From Cladosporium halotolerans (lineage: Eukaryota): 64,000 bases of DNA. Below the pieces are notes generated by a model. It was given only the letters and a program-made list of their open reading frames with translations. It was not told where the DNA came from and did not search any database. The position numbers and the translations under genes were made by a program. The DNA is taken from assembly GCF_011745625.1 (NCBI RefSeq), contig NW_027191454.1, positions 310,001 to 374,000 of the forward strand, given 5' to 3'. Position 1 is the stretch's first letter. The number at the start of each line of letters is the position of its first letter. Below, piece after piece: positions 46,348-56,006 of the stretch.

Positions 46348-48223
46348 ATGAAGTCCGCCACCACCCGGGCCTTCTACCTCGCGGTCTTCGCACTCTTTAC
46401 CGGCGAATGCGCCGCCCAGAACCCTTCTTCGACATCCTCAAATCCTAGACCAGACACTTGCGCCGTAAGCACACCCTCCAGGCCCTTCCCCTTCTAACAA
46501 CCGCTAACTCCCCTCCCAGTTCGAACCCCAAGCCAAAGTCTCCGATGCCTGCGCCTCCTACGGCGACCTCGACACGCTCAACAGCCGCGTGCACCCTTAC
46601 GTGCGCAACCTGGCCAAGAACACCGACTTCTTCTCCTACTACCGCCTGAACCTCTACAACAAGAACTGCCCCTTCTTCGGCGACGACGAGGGCCTCTGCG
46701 GCAACATCGCGTGCGCCGTCACGACGCTGGAGAAAGAGGAGGACATCCCGGACATATGGAAGGCGGAGGAGCTGAGTCGGCTGGAGGGGCCCAAGGCGCA
46801 CCATCCGCCGCGCAAGCAGCAGGTGGAGCTCAAGAGGCCGCTGCAGGGGGAGTTGGGCGATGCGGTGGGGGAGAGCTGCGTGGTGGAGTATGATGATGAG
46901 TGCGACGAGAGGGATTACTGCGTGCCGGAGGACGAGAGCGCGAGCGCGAAGGGGGACTATGTGAGCTTGGTGAATAATCCAGAGCGGTTCACGGGCTACT
47001 CGGGCGAGGGCGCGCACAAGATCTGGGAGACGATTTACAGGGAGAACTGTTTCTCGAAACCCACGGAGCCGCAGAGCGTCAGCTCGCCTGGGTTGTCGCC
47101 TTTCCAGTCTCTTTCTCAGAACCAGGCGCTCGCGGCGCAGGATTTCAGGCAGGTCATGAAGGCGCATGGGAGGGAGCAGGCGCAGCTGTCCGGTGCGCCG
47201 CTGGAGAGCCTGGACTTTGAGGACGAGTGTTTGGAGAAGAGGGTGTTCTACCGCGTCATCTCTGGCATGCACGCGTCGATCTCGACACATCTCTGCTATG
47301 ACTACCTCAACCAATCGACCGGCAAGTGGGGCCCGAACCTGGAATGTTACAAAGAACGCCTGCACAACTACCCAGAGAGGATCTCGAATCTCTACTTCAA
47401 CTACGCATTCGTTCTCCGCGCTGTCGGCAAGCTGCGCGACTACGTCCAGGACTACACCTTCTGCACGGGCGACCCGGAGCAAGACGCGCTGACGAAGCGC
47501 ATGATCACCACGCTCGCGGACGTCGTGCCCGAGGGCCCCAAAATCTTCGACGAGAGCGTCATGTTCACGGACAACACACTCGGCGGCATCGAGCTGAAGG
47601 AGGACTTCCGCAACCGGTTCCGCAACGTCAGCCGCATCATGGACTGCGTCGGCTGCGACAAGTGCCGCCTATGGGGCAAGCTGCAGACGAACGGGTTTGG
47701 GACGGCGCTGAAGGTGCTGTTCGAGTTCGGCAACGGCCACGAGGGCGACGAGAAGCCGCTGCTCCGCCGCACCGAGCTCGTCGCGCTCATCAACACCCTC
47801 GACAAGATCAGCAGCGCCCTCAAGGCGCTCGAGTTCTTCCGCGAATCCGTCGCCGCCGAAGCCAGCGGCCTCCCCCCACCTAACAACAAGAAAGCCTCCC
47901 AGCCCTCACCCAACCTCCAACCCCCCGCCCCAATAGACGACGCCGACGAGCTCGACGACTTCGACGACCTCGACAGCGACGCCTTCGCCACAAAAGCCGA
48001 CAAAACGCCCCGCAAACAGCCCACAATCGCCGAGGCTTTCCGGCAGGAAATCTCGCTCGTCTGGCGCGCGATCAAGTACGTGCTGCGGTCGTACGCGATT
48101 TTCCCGAAGCGCGCGGGCGAGATTCTGCTGGCGGAGGCCTGGAGGCTGTACGCGCAGTGGATCGGCAGGCCGGTGCCGGAGAGGACTTGGGAGTTTAAGT
48201 TCCCGAGTAGGGGGGAGCTTTGA
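46348..48223 (+). CDS. ERO1: ER oxidoreductin 1 (exons 46348-46464, 46520-48223)
   Basis: Signal peptide; FFSYYRLNL, CGNIAC, NPERFTGY, CLEKRVFYRVISGMHASIS, RIMDCVGCDKCRLWGKLQ (CxxCxxC). Confidence 0.95.
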
Positions 48224-49028
48224 GGCGTTGTACATGTTTGATTTTTTTTTGCATTGGGGCGCGGAGGGTTTGGGCGTTCTTCGGGGATGGGTCGCATCGT
48301 TTATCGCATCACGCCGCCAGGATATGTGGCGGCTTCTCGGATATATTGGTGGGTGCGCTTGCTTTCACTTCACAATTACAATGCTGTGATCGAGCGAGCG
48401 GTTGGGAAATATAGAAAGAATTTTGTTATCATTACTTACGTCGCACATCAAACACTACCACCCTCTCAACTCTCCTACTCCCCGCCCATATCACTATCCA
48501 TCCCCCTCGTCACCCTCCTTGCCCTTCACAACCCCATTGAAGCTGATATCATCGCTTATCACCTATTGGGATCGAGTGCCGCCCTTGAGGGAAGCTTCCC
48601 CAAGCCTTAGCCTCAAAGATTTGAGCTGTTACCATTTAAGATTGGCTGGATTCAGTGAGAGACAGCCTCACGTCCCACGCATGGATTTGCATTTCGAGCA
48701 GCTGTCATTGCATATGTACTTGCAAGGTCAAATGCTTCCTTCAACCTAATAAGCTTAAACAATTCTATTCCTCACGTGTAACAATGCACTTCCTGCTGCG
48801 ACTACCACACAGAGTACTGAGATCGATTGCTCCCACTGAGAGGAACAACCACACGTCTCACTCACATAGTCCCATTCCAAGCTGCTAGAACTATAGAGAT
48901 GCCGGAAGTGCCCAGTCAAGGGCCATCGTACCGCAGAATCTCTCACGCGTCTCCGATCGTACCTTGCACTCGTAGTGGGAATCCCAACTCGATCGCAAGA
49001 CAGCCGATCGCAAGACGGCAACGATCCT

Positions 49029-50147
49029 TCATTCCAAAATCCCCTTCTCCGCCGTCAACGCCCTCACGGTCTCCATATCATGCCCAAACACCAGCCTCGC
49101 CCCAAACAGCTCCACAAGGTTCCTCACCATCTGATGACTGTGCACCCACGCATTGTGATCCCTCGCCAGCCAGCCCTGCGGCTTCGCGTCCTCGTAGTTC
49201 TCGCGCACGTGGTACTGGTCCGTCGTGAAGAGGAAGGTCCCGTCGCGCGCGAGGTTGATCTGCAGCAGGCACAGGCCCGGCGTGTGCCCCGGGCTGTGGT
49301 GCAGCGTGAGGCCTTGGCAGAGGTGGAAGGGCGAGGCGCTGAAGGTCTGCCAGTTGAGGGCTGTGAGGGAGAGGTAGGAGGCGAGGTAGACGCCGGAGTC
49401 GGCGTTGGTCGCGACGGACCAGGCGGCGTGCTTGAATTCTTCTTCGTGGACGTAGACTGGAGGTGGCCGGGGAGGTCAGCGAGAGGAATGTTGAGTGTTT
49501 GGAAGGGGAGTTGCGCGGCTTACTTGGGACGTTGGTGCCGAAGAAGTGCTCGAGGCCGCCGGCGTGGTCGAGGTGGAGGTGGCCCATGATGATTGCTTTG
49601 ACGTCTTTAATGTCGTTGCCGGTGGCTTTGATGACGTTCGGCAGCTTCATCGCTTCCGTGTAGACGGTGCGTGGGAAGAGGTCGGTGAGTGGTGCGCCCC
49701 ATTCCTGAAACGGCGCCTTCGTTGGTACAGTTTTGTGAGGTCAGTCAAGTTGTCTGGATACTTACGATCTCAACGTCTTCCGCGCAGCCGGTCTCAAACA
49801 GGATGAGTCCCATGTGTGGATGTTCAATCAGGGCTGCTGCGATGATAAGATCGCGGCCTTGGTTTTCGGGGTTGCTGTTGCTTGCACTACTGCTATTGGC
49901 ACCACGAAGGAGCCTGAAGCATGTCAAGACGAGTTTTCATGGGCCGACTCGCTGCTCATCGGGAATAGTCATGGTGAAATTACCACCCTGCATCGACCCG
50001 CATCGTTCCCAGGTTCAGAATGTGGACCTTCGTACCCGGAGGACAGAGGAATGCTGGCACACTCGCCCTCGCGAGAATGTTCGTCCCGCTGGACATGTTG
50101 CCGACGAAATCAGCAGATCCAGGTTCAAGAGAAGAGATATCTCCCAT
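49029..50147 (-). CDS. Metallo-beta-lactamase-fold lactonase/lactamase, AHL-lactonase-like (exons 50147-49984, 49913-49766, 49704-49524, 49456-49029)
   Basis: Spliced product has LIEHPHMGLILFETG, HLHLDHAGG (HxHxDH), IYVHEEEF, SPGHTPG, FTTDQYH and LVFGHD, i.e. a complete dinuclear metal ligand set. Confidence 0.88.
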
Positions 50148-50946
50148 TTTCAGGGCTATAATAAGAGATTGAGAGGAAAAGCCAGGAGACCATTCTTAAA
50201 AGGCCCAGTGTTCCTCGCTAAAGGGCATGTAGTCAGCTCGTGATGAGTGAACATGTGAGCATCAGAGTGACTGCATAGTAATCACTTGGCAGCATGTATT
50301 AGCTGTGCTACACGACCAGTGTTCCTCACAGATGTTCGTGCCTTCTTCCGACCGGGACGACTGGTGCTGTACATCCTGCTAGCGTCGAAGCACATTGATA
50401 GATCGTTCCCAGCCTTTGGGGGGAAGTCCCATGGAGGGGAAGCGGAGGAGCCATAGCGTACCAACATGTGATATCTTGGAGCAATTTCTTATACTGGCTG
50501 TCGAGAAAAGACGACGGCGCCCATCGTTCATCCGAGAATCTGAGGTCCATGAGGCTTTGTAGTTAAGTCATTATTACTTCTGGATCCCTTTTCTCGGGGA
50601 AAAGAAGGAGTTATATGATACTACCCTTATTCGTCGGCTTTCGAGACAGTGTTTTCACCCGGAGAGCTCAATACGTTCACTCTACCAGAGCACGTCGTAG
50701 TCGTTCATTACTTATAAACTTTCGGATACGCGATGGACGATTTACATCGAGAGGTGGTCGAGGCTCGCAAGAACCCCACGGATCACCAAAGCATCAGAAC
50801 GGTAAGGTTTGGCTAGACCCAACGTTGAACTCTATTCAGATCACCTTATCTACAGAGCTACCCTGGCATCTCGCACCCCACTTTCTTCACGTCTGCTCTT
50901 CGCGTTCGACGCGCATATTGGCCTTCGAAAAAGATCGTGGAGGACA

Positions 50947-52947
50947 ATGACGCGCCCGAAGCCTGTCGCCGCGGGCTTGGTTCCGGTTGGCGGCGGCGCC
51001 CTTAGCCGCTCGCTTGGGTCGAGCTGGAGGGATATGGCACCGATTGCGAGCGCGAGTTTGGAGAGGGATCTTGAAGATGGAGAGGAAGAGCTGGATAGTG
51101 ATGTGGCGGAGAGCGAAGACGAAGATGACGAAGGTCTGCTGTCAACCTCTGCACCGGTGGGACAATCCCAGCACTCGCTCTATTGGCCTGAGCGAAGGAA
51201 CAGCTTCGTACCGGCTGGTAACAGAGCGATGATGCCAATGGAGTTTGGGACGATGGGGAGCATGCGAGAGATGGATCTCGGAAGGAGGTTGTCGAGGGAC
51301 GACAGGAAAAAGGCTCTCGAGGAGGAGAGGAGTCTCTTACGGGATAACAATTTGATCCCACCAAAGCACGCTCAGGGAGCGGAAGGCGAAGGAAAGAGAA
51401 GGAAGAGTTGGTTCGGCTTTCCAATTCCAGGAGGAAAGGGAAAGATGGGTGACCAAGTTGCCAGTGTTGGTGCGGACGGAGGTTCCGCTGAAAGAGCTCC
51501 GTTGCTTGGGCACACAAGCCGTCCCTATGGCGGGCAGGATGACCCCAAGACTATTTCAACACGGTGGGAGGAGGCAGTGAGGGATGGGAAGATCCAGACA
51601 ACATGGCAGCGTGAGGCGAAGGTGCTGTCTGGATACTCATTTCCGCTTATGGCAACCTTCCTGCTCCAATATTCGTTAACAGTCGCTTCGGTGTTCACAC
51701 TGGGACATATTGGCGCGGCAGAGCTTGGAGCGGTGAGTCTTGCTACGATGACGGCCAATATCACTGGATATGCTGTCTATCAAGGACTTGCTACAAGCCT
51801 GGATACTCTATGTCCCCAGGCTTACGGAAGTGGGAAGAAGAAACTGGTCGGACTGCAAATGCAGAGGATGATCTACTTCCTCTGGGCAGTGACTATTCCG
51901 ATTGCTGTCATATGGCTCCTCGCAGACAAGATTCTTCTTGCCATCGTGCCCGAGCGGGCAGTCGCCGAACTTGGCGGCCTTTATCTCAAGATCGTCCTAT
52001 GCGGAGCACCAGGCTATGCTGCTTTCGAGGCTGGGAAACGCTTCGTGCAGGCTCAAGGAATGTTCTCGGCTTCGCTCTATGTCCTACTCATTTTGAGCCC
52101 TTTCAATGCATTCCTGAATTGGTTCATGGTCTGGAAGCTGAACCTTGGATTCATCGGCGCACCCATCGCTGTGGCAATCACCGACAATTTGCTCCCGCTT
52201 GGCCTTTTCATCTATGTCCGTTTCTTCAGCAAGAACGGAATGAACTGCTGGAACGGCTTCACCAAGAAAGCCTTTCACAACTGGGATCCGATGGTCAAGC
52301 TGGCGCTGCCAGGCGTGATCATGGTTGAGGCCGAAGTCCTCGCCTTCGAGATCCTCACATTCGCGGCCTCCCGTTTTGGTGTCGAAGTCCTCGCAGCCCA
52401 GAGTATCCTTGCGACTCTCACCAACATCACCTTCCAGATCCCGTTTCCACTAAGTATCGCAGCCAGCACGCGCGTCGCCAATCTCATTGGAGCTACACTC
52501 GCCGATGCAGCCAAGCTGACGACGAAAGTCGCCTTCTATGGCGCTCTTCTCATCGGAATCTTCAACGTTGTCCTGCTCAGCGCCTTGAAAGACTACATTC
52601 CCTACTTGTTTACTTCGGATGAGGCTGTGGTCGAGCTTACGGCTGCTGTTCTACCGCTCTGTGCTGCTTTCCAGCTCTTCGATGCTCTGGCTGCGTTGTG
52701 CAATGGCGTCCTGCGAGGCCTTGGCAAGCAGCATTTCGGCGGCTATGTGCAGCTGTTCTGCTATTACGTGATAGCCATGCCAATCAGCTTTGGCACCACG
52801 TTCGGTCTCAACTGGGGTCTTTGGGGCTTGTGGACGGGTGTTGCTATCGCACTAGGGCTCGTGGCGCTAATCGAGTTCGTTTATCTCGGCAGAACAGACT
52901 GGGAAAGCAGTGTCGAAGCGGCGAGGGCACGCAATGTATTGGAATAA
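50947..52947 (+). CDS. MATE family efflux transporter with long N-terminal soluble region
   Basis: ELGAVSLATMTANITG, GLATSLDTLCPQAYG, LALPGVIMVEAE, ASTRVANLIGA, NGVLRGLGKQ; about 12 TM segments; start codon uncertain. Confidence 0.9.
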   Translation: MTRPKPVAAGLVPVGGGALSRSLGSSWRDMAPIASASLERDLEDGEEELDSDVAESEDEDDEGLLSTSAPVGQSQHSLYWPERRNSFVPAGNRAMMPMEFGTMGSMREMDLGRRLSRDDRKKALEEERSLLRDNNLIPPKHAQGAEGEGKRRKSWFGFPIPGGKGKMGDQVASVGADGGSAERAPLLGHTSRPYGGQDDPKTISTRWEEAVRDGKIQTTWQREAKVLSGYSFPLMATFLLQYSLTVASVFTLGHIGAAELGAVSLATMTANITGYAVYQGLATSLDTLCPQAYGSGKKKLVGLQMQRMIYFLWAVTIPIAVIWLLADKILLAIVPERAVAELGGLYLKIVLCGAPGYAAFEAGKRFVQAQGMFSASLYVLLILSPFNAFLNWFMVWKLNLGFIGAPIAVAITDNLLPLGLFIYVRFFSKNGMNCWNGFTKKAFHNWDPMVKLALPGVIMVEAEVLAFEILTFAASRFGVEVLAAQSILATLTNITFQIPFPLSIAASTRVANLIGATLADAAKLTTKVAFYGALLIGIFNVVLLSALKDYIPYLFTSDEAVVELTAAVLPLCAAFQLFDALAALCNGVLRGLGKQHFGGYVQLFCYYVIAMPISFGTTFGLNWGLWGLWTGVAIALGLVALIEFVYLGRTDWESSVEAARARNVLE

Positions 52948-53411
52948 GAATGTGTAACTGTATATCATTGTACAACGATTTGCATCCAAGAGCCTCCAAC
53001 CAAGCAAACAACCTCTTTCACTTCCACGAGTCGTTATGACGTGCCACTGCAGGCGGCGTTACAATTGATTTCAATCGTTCCACCGATCGCATCTTGTAGT
53101 CGGCATCATTGTCGTAGCTGCATCATGGAATCTTCAGTGACATCTTTTTGAGCCTTATCATGAATTGAATTGGTTCAAGCTGTTCACCGTCCGGCGTGGA
53201 CTTTGTCTCTAAAAGTCGCGATACTCTCGTATGATCACGACCATTTGGGTGCTTACTGTATGTCGACCCCGCTCTGCGGAGGGGTCGCTTGCAGTGCGGG
53301 GAGCGTGTCGACGCGTGTTATTCACGGACAAGGCTACATTAGATCTATCATCCTTTCATTGACGAACCATTGCACCACAAACATTGAGCTAGGATATCGC
53401 CAAAAACTGTC

Positions 53412-55636
53412 ATGACCATCCGAGCTTCACATTTCGGTCCTGAGGTGCTGCTCAGCGCTCCACGGCGTTCATCTGGGGTCCCGAACGCCAGTGGAACCCA
53501 CGTTCTATTCACCGTCAGCACATACAGCTTCGAGACTCACAAGAAGACAACGGAACTGCGGGTTCTTGATACGGAGACCAATGAAAATACACTGCTTTTA
53601 AGCGCGGACGCCGAAGGCATCAATTGGCTCGACGAAGACAGCTTCGTGTGGCTTCAGGGTGGCAAGGCCGGCACTACAGATCTGTATCACGGCAGCTTGA
53701 GCAGCTTTTTACAAGGTTCGGATGACAGCCACTATGAAGTGTCTTCGGTCAATGCGCCAGCTGGGAATCTGAAGGTCGCAAAGTTGAGTGACAGCGAATA
53801 TGCCGTAGTCCTCTCTGCCCAATCGGACGTGAAAGGCGAGCTGTTCAATCCGGAAAAAGCGGACAAGCCGCTGAGCAGTGGAAAACTGTATACGAGCTTG
53901 TACGTGAGGCATTGGGATGAGTACGAAGGCAAAGAGAAGAATGCCCTCTGGTACGGCAAGCTCAGCAAATCTGAGGATGGGAAGCAGCTAAAACTCTCGA
54001 CCCTCACAAACGCTCTCAAGGGCACGAAACTGGAGTGTCCGATGAAGCCTTTTGGTAGCACCGATAATTTTGACCTGAGCTCTAGTGGCATTGTCTTTGT
54101 CTCGAAGGACCCGGACTTGAACCCTGCTTTGAACACGAAATGCAACGTTTACCTTCTGACCGTGGATTCATGGACGGAATCCGTGAAGGCAGAGCCAAAG
54201 AGAGTGACTGTTGAGGGCTTTGAGGGCGCTTCTACCTCACCTGTCTTCTCGCCCGATGAACTCCAGGTGGCTTTCCTGTCCATGCGACGAAATGGGTACG
54301 AATCCGACCAGAACAGGATTTTCGTCGTCGGCGATCTGGACTCAGCAGATCTTCAGGCGTCGAACGAGACTGCCGTTGTTGCTTCTCAAGCTGGCTGGGA
54401 TAGAAGTCCCTCTTCGATCTCGTGGACTGCCGATGGTAAGGGAATCCTGGCCATCGCGGAGGATGTGGGCCACGCTCGGCTATACTTGATTGCACCGGGC
54501 CAATACTCGCCTCTGTCTCTCACTAAAGCGGGTTCCGTGGGCGAGTTTGTCCCGCTGCAAGATGCAGGAAAAATCTTCTTCTCAGGCTCGTCCCTCATCG
54601 ACAACTCCTACTACGGCATCGTCGAAGTAAGGTCCAAGGGATCCGAAACCACGAACTCCACAATTTGGAGCCACTCCAACTCCAGCGAAGGCAGTAAATT
54701 CGGCCTGAAAACTAAACAGGTCTCATCCATCTGGACGCCCGCGAGCAACCCCAAAGTGACCAAAAAGATCCACTCATGGGTCCTCAAGCCGAGCAACTTC
54801 GACAGCTCCAAGCGCTATCCCATCGCCTTCCTCATCCACGGCGGCCCGCAAGGCGCCTGGGGCGACAGCTGGTCGACGCGGTGGAACCCGGCCGTGTTCG
54901 CGGAGCAGGGCTTCATCGTCGTAGCGCCCAACATCACGGGCTCGACGGGCTACGGCCAGGCCTTCACAGACGCCATCAACAGAAACTGGGGCGGTGATCC
55001 CTACGGCGACCTCGAGAACGTCTTCGACTGGGTCAGCGAGAATCTCCAGGGAGCCGACGTCGATCGTGCGGTGGCCCTCGGCGCGAGCTATGGCGGGTAC
55101 ATGATCAACTGTGAGATCCTCCCTGAGTCCTTCAAGCGCAAAGCTCTTGCCATCGATCTCCGTTCTACTAACGATTCATAACAACAGGGATCCAAGGCCA
55201 CCCCCTCGGCCGCAAGTTCCGCGCCCTGGTCTGCCACGACGGCATTTTCAGCCTCACCAACATGCTGTCGACGGAAGAGCTCTACTTCCCCCTCTACGAT
55301 CTGGGTGGAACGCCCTGGTACGACCCGCCCTTCACCCGCCCACCTCACCCCTTCACCTCCTCTTCCAGCTCCTCCTGGCACCGCTGGGACCCCGCCTCTC
55401 ATCTTTCGCACTGGCAAACCCCGCAGCTCGTGATCCACAGCTCGAAAGACTACCGGATCTGTATCTCGGAGGGCCTGGCGGCGTTCAATGTGCTGCAAGC
55501 GCGGGGCGTGGAGAGCAAGTTGTTGACATTCCCCGATGAGAACCATTTTGTGCTGGCGCCGGAAAATAGTCTTTTGTGGCACCGTACGGTATTGGGATGG
55601 ATCAAGGAGTATGTGGGCTTGGAAGCATGTTTGTAG
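53412..55636 (+). CDS. Dipeptidyl peptidase V-like S9 peptidase without signal peptide (exons 53412-55110, 55188-55636)
   Basis: LLSAPRRS, YVRHWD, LIHGGPQGAW, GASYGGY (catalytic Ser), HSSKDYRI (Asp), FPDENHFVL (His). Confidence 0.92.
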
Positions 55637-55658
55637 GGGGAGAAGGGGGCTCCAGTTG

Positions 55659-55850
55659 GCATCTCGCAGATGAAATTCCAGGATGTGGTGCTACCATCAC
55701 CTTCCGACTATTGAGACTCGAATCTTCGAGAGAGAGCATGTTAGGGTTTCATGAGCATCTCACTGATGATAATGAAAGTCATGGTGCTACCATCATCTTT
55801 CGATCGTTGAGAACCGAGTTCTAGGGAGAGAGAGCCACTGGGGAGCAGTG
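55659..55850. repeat. Degenerate 96-bp tandem duplication in the DPP5/RRM intergenic region
   Basis: GCATCTC..GATGA..TGGTGCTACCATCA..TTGAGA..GAGAGAGAGC recurs at 55659 and 55755. Confidence 0.75.
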
Positions 55851-56006
55851 GGGTGAGGTTTCGGATGGTGTAAAGGATGGCAGGTCTCTTTGATTGCACT
55901 CAATAAGCTCTGGTATCTACTTCATCGGCGAGAGGAATGCGAATAGCCTGACGGTCATTGCTTCTCGGAACAGAACCCTCCACGTTCTGGCCCAAACACA
56001 AGTCGA

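Noticed and set aside
50732..50856. Upstream coding exon for the MATE gene (ATG near 50732, GTAAGG donor near 50802)
   Set aside because: The phase-0 donor does not match the phase of the nearby AG acceptors in the MATE frame; it may be a UTR intron or uORF but is unsupported.
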